From contig NW_002060945.1 in assembly GCF_000150275.1 (NCBI RefSeq), positions 1,244,199-1,308,198 on the forward strand: 64,000 nt of DNA, in the 5' to 3' direction. A program made the translations under genes and the position numbers. The notes under the pieces were generated by a model that worked only from the letters and a program-made list of their open reading frames with translations, did not search any database and was not told where the DNA came from. This DNA is from Trichoplax adhaerens. Taxonomy: Eukaryota; Animalia; Placozoa. Below, one piece after another: positions 43,601 through 53,967 of this stretch (the stretch's first letter is position 1; each line of letters opens with the position of its first letter).

Positions 43601-46392
43601 AATTGAATTTCAGCTGATTAAGAGCGTTCATTTTGCTATTTCAGTGACATCAGCAGTTTAAAATTCGAACAGTTACCTGATGAATATTGGCGATTCTATC
43701 AAATTCTTAGAATCTTGTAAGGCATAGCACTCATAGAAGATTTTTTAGTTAAAATATTTGCGAAAGGATTTCGTATGTCGACATAGGATAAATAAAATCA
43801 CGTCATTCGCTTAGTATAATTTTACTCCTGGTCATTACGGAATTACAATTTACTTACCAGAATTAACTCTCGTCCACTTGATTTCCGCTTAATTTAGGCA
43901 CATTAAGGATAATGGTTTGAAGGAACTTAACTATGCTAATAGGACTAGATACGATAATAATGTGGTTTTAGAATTGTAAGTTATTCAGTTGATTCTATTA
44001 TTTGCGTTGTATCGATTCCTGAATAGACAGTAATGATCTGGGATAGATATTACCTAGCTTATAGATGAATCTAAGCCTGGAATTTTAATATGGCCAATAA
44101 GAACAGTATAATTATCACCGAGCTAATTAGTTTATTTTAGCTATAGAAAGATAATAAAGATCAGTATACATCTAGAAATCAACGAGGGTTGATCCTTCAC
44201 GCAGAGATCTTAATGGCTGCAGTTGTACCAGTATTCTTTTTCGATATGATCGATTATATGAAGATGCTTAATATCGACTGTTAAGATATGGATATATCAA
44301 CAAAATTATCGATGATTAAATTGTATACTGCATTTCATGGTCTTATTGATGAATTTAAACTATTCTTATCATTATTAATTGAAGAGACGTTTCAGGCAAC
44401 AAAATGAACAATTTCTTTTCCAGTATTGAAGCTCGATTAGTGTCCTTGGAAAAATTGTAAGCTCTAGTTCAAAGATTTTCTTTATACTTTTTCCGATTTA
44501 GGCTTTCCGTGAATAAAGAATATATATTCTATCTATTAGTGACTCAGTAGTAATTTAGAATTTTATGTCTAAATTCTCTATTTTAAATACTATCTGAGAT
44601 TTTAAATATGAATTACTCTCGATGGTTTAGAAATGTGGCAAGAAATGGAATTTCTGACATTTGTTATCGCAGCTTAGCAATCCAGTTTCCAGTTATTCAA
44701 ATTCTGTAAGTTGGTTTTGTGTTAATTGTAATTAAGATCTTTTTCGTTCCTTTCACTCTCAGTCTAGTTATTAATAATAATGATAGAATAATGATAAGAA
44801 TGCGTACACGCAATATTATAGCGATGCCAGGATGAATAAAATTGATCGTTTGCAAAGGAGATGCTTCAAAGGAATGGGAAAATTGCGAGTATTGTAAGTT
44901 AATTTATTGATCAGCAATGGAAACGCTAAATTTCTAACTCAAACTAGGAATATCTTACAAATTGATCTAGTTGTGTATCCTCATATGCCCTTACAGTTTA
45001 GGAAAGTATATTGAATATCACGAGAATACAAATTTATGCACACAGTTTTCAATTAAACTGTAACTTACAGTTAGTACTTGTAGTTGCCTTATAACATAGA
45101 CTTTTCGATTTTAAATTAATTTGAATGGTAATGTAAATTGGTCATGTATATCAGTATTATCACACTTACTAGCTATGACAGTTAGTTATTTCATTTTTAA
45201 TATAAATGACAGTATTTATTTAAATAATTAGACTTTTGCAAGGCAATAACTTGGCATATGTTAGCGGAAAATCATTCTATGGTCCGCCTGAAATGGTCAC
45301 AGTGTTAGTAACTACAGAAGTAAATGTAATAATGATTAAATTAGCAAGCACTAATCCTTTTTATGTTAATGTTGATATATTAGATTGACAAAGCGTGATT
45401 ATCTTTGTTGTATGGTTCCCGCAAAAATTAAACTTTGTCAACCGAGTATGGGTTCTGACGATTTATCATCATGTGAAAATTTGTTGTCTCATTTTTCACA
45501 AAAATTATTTATTTGGATTGTGGGTATCTTAGCTGTTGTTGGTAACCTACTCGTGTTTATTCAAAATCATTCCATTCGCAAACAGAAAAATAGCTTGGTT
45601 CCAATTTTTCTTATCAATAGTCTAGCTCTATCGGATCTCCTAATGGCGTTTTATTTGATAATTATTATTGTAGCTGATTTAGCTTTTAGCACTGGAGAGT
45701 ATGGTCTGAATTCAGAAATATGGCTATCCAGTCCGTTTTGTTTAATAGCATGCTTTCTAGTTAACGCGTCTAGTTTAACAACTGTACTTTTGATGGTTAC
45801 TATTTGCTCAGATCGCTATATTTGCTTGGTTTATCCTTTATCACCGAAAAGAATGAGTATTAAGACAGCACGCATAGTTGTCGTGTTCGTATGGATCTTA
45901 TCGCTTTCATTTGCAGCAGCTCCGGTAATATCAAGTGCTAACATGCCAGGGTACCTTCGATTGTATACTTATAACAGCATGTGTATGGCTAATAATTACC
46001 AGATTGACTACTATCGAGTTTGGATGATTTCTTATTTGTCCATAATATTTATTGCATGGGTAGCTATGACAATCTTATATATGCGTTTATTTATGACTAT
46101 TCGTCGTAGCGGCAAGAATTTAAGAAGATCGACCGCAACTGACAATACAGTTATAGCGATACGCCTAGCATTAATTTTAATTTCTGATTTAATCAGTTGG
46201 GTTCCATTCTACTATGTTAATTTGCATGGGTTGTTAACTTCTGGGCGTGTAGACGTAATAGCACTTCAATTTGTTGGTATATTTTCTTTGCCCATCAATT
46301 CAGCTATTAATCCATATTTGTATACATTTACAAATATTGATATTATTAAGAAGTTTTTAGTTCGCCAGAAAACATTTAGCACTAAATCTTGA
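28263..46392 (+). CDS. Giant leucine-rich-repeat-containing GPCR (LGR; type-C-like hinge, no LDLa), ~52 coding exons, ~1,550 aa
   Basis: Exon 1 28263-28314 MKWISLVALWIWTTITP(G) is signal-peptide-like. Exon 2 28489-28606 NAENCPQYCLCLQGLISCQD is an LRRNT cap. Then 49 AG/GT-bounded phase-2 exons of 63-87 nt between 29096 and ~45303, nearly all one xLxxNxIxxI...FxxLxxLxxL repeat (e.g. 30183-30254 IFAHNAIEVIEPNAFCGLNGLRNL, 36937 DLTDNALFALNSTTFQNLTALQEL). The last splices in phase into the hinge+7TM exon 45384-46392. Confidence 0.9.
33787..33836. other. Assembly gap (50 N) truncating an LRR exon
   Basis: The N run begins inside the exon starting at 33719 (LLNGNKIKEIKLESSLACLSSL...). Confidence 0.99.
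45384..46392 (+). CDS. Terminal exon of the LGR: hinge plus class A 7TM domain
   Basis: 335-codon ORF preceded by a tag acceptor at 45381-45383. Hinge YLCC..C.P...DDLSSCENLL; TM1 GN; TM2 LALSD; TM3 SDRY; TM4 W; TM6 SDLISWVP; TM7 NSAINPYLY; short C-tail. Confidence 0.95.
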
Positions 46393-46721
46393 TGACTGCT
46401 TATTACATTCCTCACTGGAACTAATCTTGATCAATGATAATGATTAAACAAATTTAGTAGTAGCTGGCATCTTTTCATTATATAATTTATTGTTTCATGC
46501 CTGTAGATATGAGACTGAAGATACTTCTATCAACCTTATAATTTTACTACAACTTAAGGGATATCTAAAATTAAATGTAACATTAGAATGCAACAGAAGT
46601 TAAATCTTCACGGGTATTGTAGTTGTGAGCAATCTAGCCCACACACATTTTTTAACAAGGCTTTATAATAATTTAGCCGAAATTTCGGCGATAAAATGAT
46701 AGATGTAATAAAATATTAGCT

Positions 46722-49700
46722 TTAATAAAAATTCAAGTAATATTGGTACATGTTTGCAAATCTACTGCTGATATAGATGTTCATACTGCTTTCAGGGAGA
46801 TGAAAGGATTTCATATCTATCGTTTCGGTGAAAGTCTTGAAAGATGAGTGTAAATATCTAATTAGGTCTTATTTATATAGCGATGCTCAGTCGATACTCA
46901 AAATGCATAGTTAAGACCCAAAGTAAGAGAATGACACTTAGTCAGTTAAAACTTTAAACTATAAATATCGTAAGGCTAACCTAAGTTCCTTCATGCAAGG
47001 TAAGTCGTCATGGTCTTTAAAGATTGCATCTAACTTCTGCGTCTGTAATAATGGTCAGAAGAGCAAGTTTAATCCTAAAACTGATAGTTGCAAAATTAGC
47101 TTAAAATACTGTATTTCGAGACGGACCTGTTCCTTGGTACCACTATAAATTGCATTACGGGAAATATCTGTAAGACTCCAGCTTAACGACGGCATCTAAA
47201 AACAGATTTCGCAGATATGATGTCATTACCGTTTTATGCAGTGATAGATTTGCTATTTCAATATCTTACTTGTTTTACGCAATTTATGACATCAAGTACA
47301 ACATCTTCATCTATTATTTTCTGAAGTAGATTAAAAAAGTCAAGAAATTATTTTATTGGCAAATTTAATCGAAATAAACATTATCAATTGACATACTTTC
47401 CTTACCTGCAATAGGATCCGATCAGTAAGGATTAGATTAGTCAATATTAGTAAAATACTCTATATAATCGATGATAGTATGGAGAGGTTTGCTTAGAAAT
47501 TCGATAATTTCATATAACATTGAATCACCATTATTATATCGTTTCTATATGAAGTAGGTATAATACCGTAACATACCTCTAAATTTGTTATACTCAATTT
47601 CTTATAATTTTGTATCATTCCTTTCATAGAAGGTATTAACTTAATACCAATCGTTAACTATTAGATTAGAGACAAAGAATTTCACATATTTAATAAATCA
47701 TCAAATGTATTGGTGAAAGAAATCTAGTAATATCATATAAATAAACGTCTATACCACTGAGTGAGAGTGTTCTACCATAACAAGGCGATTTAGCAGTTGC
47801 AATGCCGGTTCCTTTAATACGATAATCAGAAAGAAAAAAGAAATTTTTATATGACTGAAAATCTACTGCAGCCAAGTAAAAGTAAACGGTATATGATTTA
47901 ATATCTTATTAAGCAACATACATATAAGCGAGGCGACCCACTTGTAAACACTTCAAAGATACGAGGTAGCGTTATATGATTATGCAATCGCTATAAATCA
48001 CGTAAGATGTAGAATCAGTACGATTATTCATAAGCGCTTTGTGCACTATTGCTAAGTTTGCTTCTATCAATTTAATCTGTGATTAGCGTATACACAAACC
48101 GCTCCATACCGCAAAAATAGGTTCATGTCGAAGCGCAAGCAAATTAATTAAAGTTTTAATTGTGTATTGTAGGACCTGCATAGTTCAATTAAGTTATTTC
48201 ATTAGTTAATAAATATGAGGTGTAAAATAGCTTAATATAAAAAGACATCAAAGAATATCTAGTCTTACGTATTTAATAGTAAGCATATGGCATAATTTAC
48301 AAACGTATCAGTACCTGTACATCATCAGATTGTATTAGTATGCCAGTAATATGGAGCAACTAAACGCGAATGAAGTAAGAATCTATAATCAGTATAAAGA
48401 TATAATCTAATTTTTAACAAACAAGAAAGTTATGATTAGCTAGCTATCATATTGGTAGTTTTCTGACATTATAGCTGAAGGCTTCCCAAGTGAAATATCG
48501 CGAGGTAGCCAAGATGTATGTGACGGAGGCAGTCATCTGCAAAAATTCTATCTGCGTAGGGCAATTAAGAATTGATATTAATACTTTTCGTATACAGTAC
48601 TTCAGGCTACCAGCATGATGTAAAGTACTAATTAACCTCATAATATCATTTATCTTAATACCTACCGATTTATTTAAATGGACAGCCTTGATTAAATTTT
48701 GGATCATCGCACTTTGAAAATTAATTTCGCTAACTGAGTATAAAATAAGGAAAAGAGTATGAAATATTTCCTAATCTATATTTGTATACTGTCTGAATAG
48801 GGTTGCACGATGCCATTGCAAATCAAAATAACGCATTAGTTACCATTACTAGCAATCGCTTCTAAAATTTTTAAGCAATTTATAGTAAGATTTTCATGCG
48901 GAGAAACCAACATCGGAAGTATTAGAGATATTCTTTCTGTTAATTTTTTCGAATAATGTTATTCATCAAAGCCTCAATTGAGTTAAGAAAAAGTTCTGAT
49001 GAATAAAAGTAATTGTAAACCTAGTTCTATGATAGGAACGGCTTCATTAGCATTTGGTATTTTTATAGGATAGAAGTATCGAAAGAGTACCGCCAGAGAT
49101 GTTGATATTTCCATTAGCACCTCATAGCTATATGTGTAAAAATATCACAATATATAGTTTAGTAATTAACGGAATAGCTGAGTACAGAACTGAAAGCGTT
49201 TGACTGCTGCTTTTTTTGTTATATCCTCAGTATATGTAAATTGTTTGCTAACTGATCATAGAGTTCAACCAGTTCAAGTAGGCAAGATAATAATCTAGAT
49301 CTGTCCAAAATATTTAGGCCATTATTAGTATCAAAGTGATACAGTGCATTTACTCAATATTAATTGATAGTTTGTTTCAACTCTTGGCTATTACTTTTTT
49401 CTTATTAGGGCTTTGTCTTCATCTGATGTCCTGCAACATGAGAAGTTATCGATATTATAAGATTTTTGTATTTAAACACTAATGAAAAATTAAATTTTAC
49501 AAGGAAAGATTGAATAAAACATTTGCAGTCACTAACTTTATGGACGGAGCTGACAGATGATGATCTCTTTCGATGTCATTCAAGTTGGATTTATTTATGT
49601 ACTGCAGTATTAATTGCCTAAATATAAATTTAATAACTTATAAAGCTAGTAAATCAGGAATAATATAGTATTATTGATCATTACTGTACGATACAGGTTA

Positions 49701-49935
49701 AAATATAAATATTATTTTATTCTTCTTCTTACCTCAGGCAATTAAGACGATAAACTAAATCTGCAGTTGACCTAGCATCATTGACATTCTATATAAGAAT
49801 TTTGAAAATCATAGGAGTTTACGCGTACGATTAGAATATTATCGAAGTAGATGTTGGTATTAATTAGCTGTTTAATTTTCCAAAATTGATACAGACCATT
49901 AATGCAACTGATAACTGTCTCTCCTGGCGGCTCTC
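46722..49935 (-). CDS. Divergent importin-alpha-like ARM-repeat protein, paralog C (5' exons and exact C-terminus uncertain)
   Basis: 49897-49935 ESRQERQLSVALM (same 39-nt exon); 48844-48936 RISLILPMLVSPHENLTINCLKILEAIASN; LLHITGILIQSDDVQ|VLQYTIKTL; LPRIFEVFTSGSPRLY|EPALQLLNRLV; KIIDEDVVLDVI; WSLTDISRNAIYSGTKEQ (compare importin-alpha WAITNATSGGTPEQ). Confidence 0.72.
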
Positions 49936-50029
49936 CTATTTCAGATGATGCATAAGTTATGAAAGAGGAAATGGGTTATCATAGTAAGAACAGCATAATT
50001 ATATTATATGTATAATCAATACAATTACA

Positions 50030-50382
50030 TTGATCGTTGCATTCTATTATGATGGTATAAAGTGCATCAGTTACATTGAATTACTTGACATATTAATCAA
50101 TCGAATATATTCATGAGTGAGCTAGATAGTAGAATATAGATTTACGTTGATCCTTGCACTCTCTCGCGATAGTATTAAATACACCAGTTGCATTGAATTA
50201 CTTACTATATTAATTAATCAGTTAAATAAATGAATTTTACGATAGAATACGAGTATAGATAGATCGTTGCACTCTTTTGCAATGGTATAGAGCACGTCAG
50301 TTGAATATTTCCATTGATTGTGGTACTCTATTCCTATAGTACGTGTATAAAGTACGTCAATCGGATTGAATTAGTTGATATA
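50030..50382. repeat. ~115-bp degenerate tandem repeat interrupted by solo LTR copy 2
   Basis: ttgca.tct...gat.gtat.aa..ac..cagtt.cattgaatta.tt recurs 3-4 times; the last unit resumes after 50937. Confidence 0.65.
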
Positions 50383-50932
50383 TGTTACGGTGTTACCTTA
50401 TTGTTAGAATAGTATAATAGTGCAGTATAGTAGTAGCTAATATGGAAAATATCCATATTTGTAGTGCTAGGTAAGATAAGTAATGCCTTAACGTGGATAT
50501 TATTTGTGATAGTTTATTATATATTTGATATTGATTATTATTACGTGTAGATAGCAGTAAGATGATTCAAGTTCTAGCTAATGATAGTTGAATTAGACAA
50601 CATAAATACTTAGATTAAATATAAGTAAGAGATTTAAATATTTACTGATAGAAAAGCCAAGTAAGGAACATTTCAGTTCGAGATGTCTCTACTAGTAAGG
50701 TATAATATTAATACTGCTGCTGCTGTTTGCAAATTAGACGGTTCCTATATAAATGGGAACATTTGAGTAGCGTTGGGTGGTGAAAAGTTGTAGATGTGTC
50801 TATGCTTATAAAAGTTCTATTTTTACGGTACTTTGCTTTATGTGTTTAACGTTTAGTAAAAGAGCCTTTAAGTCAGTAGTCACTTTAGACTTTTACTGTT
50901 TGTTTCCTTGTCGTAGAGTTTAATTTGTGACA
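50383..50932 (+). mobile_element. Solo LTR, copy 2 (550 bp) with perfect 5-bp target-site duplication
   Basis: TG...CA ends, ATATA directly on both sides, roughly 85% identical by eye to copy 1; no internal domain follows. Confidence 0.88.
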
Positions 50933-51272
50933 ATATATGAATCAGCTAATCGGTTACATAAAGGAGATGTACATTAGAATATCTATACCAATTATAACAA
51001 GTCTAAATCAGGATACGCCTGCATTAATTAAGTACACACTCTATGGACCATCATCAGTCTCGTGGCTAGTTTAAAGTATATCCAACTCCATCTCTGCCCA
51101 TAACATACAGTAACCTCAACACCTCCATTAGATTCAATAATCATAAAACACTTCATCTACCAATATTAATGAAATAACTTTTGCCTTTGTCATATTCATT
51201 TACTATATAATCATTTTTAGCATACACAGGATATTTTAACGTTCAAGTGCTACTCCAGTAATGGATCAATTG

Positions 51273-51735
51273 GCTAACAACAAAGCGACATTATCGAATT
51301 GACTGCCTCGATTGATCTAATATTAGTCAATATTTAAGCTGAGCTTCTACTGCTAAATCATCTAGATCTCCTGACTAAATTACTGCTAACGACAAAGCGG
51401 CATTATCGAATTGACTGCCTTGATTGAGCTAATATTAGTCAATATTTGAGCCGAGCTTCTACCGCCAATCATCTAGATCTCTAAGACCGCTAAATCATCC
51501 AGATCTCCTGACTAAAATACTGCTAACAACAAAGCAACATCATCGAATTGGCTGCCTCGATTGATCTAATATTAGTTAATATTTGAGCCGAGTTTCTACC
51601 GCTAAATCATCTAGATTTCCTGACTAAAATACTGCTAACGACAAAGCGATATTATCGAATTGACTGCCTCGATTGAGCTAATATTAGTCAATATTAGCGC
51701 TGAGCTTCTATCGCTAAATCGTCCAGATCTCCTGT
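51273..51735. repeat. 112-bp tandem repeat, 4 high-identity copies
   Basis: gctaac.acaaagc.acattatcgaattgactgcctcgattga.ctaatattagtcaatatt...agatctcctg at ~51273, 51385, 51522 and 51634; unit 2 carries a ~25-bp internal duplication. Confidence 0.9.
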
Positions 51736-53967
51736 CTATAATGCCGATGGAAGTCTGCTCATCCATCCTTCATTCTACAGTACATCATAAACTTTATCAA
51801 TATGCATTACCATAATCTTGCAGAATAGACTTTCATTTACTGCTGGTGATGGAAACTAGGTCCAGGAATGCCCGTATTAATGGAGTTTTTCTACCAAACG
51901 TTAACCTGATCATTTACTTTGGCCGGAATGAATTGGAATGGAGGATTGATTTTGTATCACTCACCATGGTGATGTAACTCGGTAAAGTCTTCTATAGTAT
52001 ATCATGGGTTGTATACCTGTACAAGGAAGAGTATAGTCGACAGAGTCTAGCATAGTACTGTATACTATAATGTATAGTACTCTCTTAACACCTCTAATAT
52101 GAAAATAATATGCAATACTGTCGCTATCTACTGTATGATGTAAGAGTCATATTCATAGAGATCAAAGATAGAACAGGAGAGCTTGGTCTTTTTAAACTTA
52201 AGGTAATTTTCCGACTGTACTCTTGCTCTAGCTCGAGAAATGGACTCCTAGAAGTCCATGGCCAGGTAGTGATAGATGGGGCTGGAGGCAAATATCTTAT
52301 GATATCTTTCTTGTCATTGCTGTTGACAACAGCTAACTAATTTAATGTGGTAGAGACTAGTTGGAAGAGAGAGTAATGGAGTAGTCCCTGACGCCTGCAA
52401 TCATACTTATAGTATAATAATAGAGCTGGGAATTATAGGTGATAATAGCTCTATCTAACCGTAAGTTACTCCGATTCGAGATACTATAAAATGGCTGAGG
52501 TTGCTTTGCACGAGATGATGTTAAGGCTATCAGTAGCAGAATAGTTACTGTACTGTAGCCTAGCAATTTTTGAGATTCTTAGGTATTTCTGCTCAGATAG
52601 CTTGTGATACTGACAGCAAGTCAGATAGATTAGATCGAGTGGGGTCTTTCCTTTTATCCGAGGTAGTAAACATCAGCCTGATAACATTTCAGTTTAGGGG
52701 ATGACAAATTACCAATCAACGATTGTGGTTGATGTCTTGTACAAGATGATGGAATCAGTAGCAAGACTTAGGTGCAGTATTTCTGCAATGGTAGCCACAG
52801 TAGCTTAGCTTGCGGTACTGTCATTGATTTAAAATATCAAATTTATAACTTTTCGGTTTAGGGTATTACAAATTACAAATTAAGGCGCCTAATAAGAACC
52901 ATTTTAACGGTGTAAATAAGTGAATATGGGCAATCAGTCCATATTTTAAGACTATCTTGTGCCAATAACGAGGTTAGGAACAGCACTGGTAATCTATCTT
53001 CATATAGTCTACACATTATTAAGACTTGTAAATCACTGAGAATCTATAGGGAAAAAGGTTGCCAGGAATTTCAGATTTTAGTGCTCTTATTTTATAATTC
53101 TACGAACTTCACGGACTGTTTAATGTTGGAGGATATTATACGATCTCTTGCGCTAAAATACAAATAGATGAGGCAATTCATTTATCTTTCCTTCGATATG
53201 CATAAAATACAGCAAATTATATGCGGTAATCAGCATTCTGAAATAGGCTGTAATGGAAGAGCTAGATTTATTTTAGACTCTATTCTTAAAATGATTATCT
53301 CATGAATAATTGATTATCATTCTTGATTTAGGATCACCGTTATTTGAATAAATTTTACATTTCATATAAATATAATACAAATTGCATGTTAAAATATATG
53401 AGAAGAAAACGCCAGGCACAAATATACACGTATGTATTTTCTATCTAGAGTATCAAGTTTTATAATCACTACGCAAATAAAGATAAGTTAGATGTTGCAA
53501 GCAATCCTATGAATCATTCGATTTCTAAGAATACGCATGATGACGTTATTTAATGTCGCGTTAGCATCTATTTAGAAATTGCCTAACAGTAAAATTGCTA
53601 TGGACAAACTCTGCAAAACTTGACTGCAGATACGAAATTATTTTCTAGGGCGTTACGGGATCATAACCATAACTTAGTGGAACCCAAGTGATTGGGGTAT
53701 GTCGATCGAAATTAAGGCTATGTCATAAATGTCATAAGTGGTTTAACCGAGGCGACCTAAATAAATGAATCCTCACGGATAATTCGAAATAGTTTAATAC
53801 ATCGAAAGAAATCGATTATCAAGCGTATTCTAAAAGTAGCTTTTCGCTACGCTGGTATATCATAATTAAGGAAAATATCACCTTGAAGCCATCCACACCC
53901 CTTAAAAAAATTTTCTCATATCTTTCGAAAAAATAACCTTAATTGACATCTTGGTATAAATTCAATG

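Noticed and set aside
45385-46392. Stand-alone intronless GPCR as given in the ORF track
   Set aside because: It starts at TTG right after a splice acceptor and continues in phase from the LRR exons; it is the last exon of the LGR.
11730-50932. One giant LTR retroelement carrying the LGR between two LTRs
   Set aside because: Each LTR has its own flanking duplication (AATTT/GATTT and ATATA/ATATA), the outer flanks do not match each other, and I saw no gag/pol remnants or PBS.
51273-51735. CRISPR-like or coding repeat array
   Set aside because: Eukaryotic context, whole units repeat with no unique spacers, the 112-bp period is not a multiple of 3, and frames contain stops.
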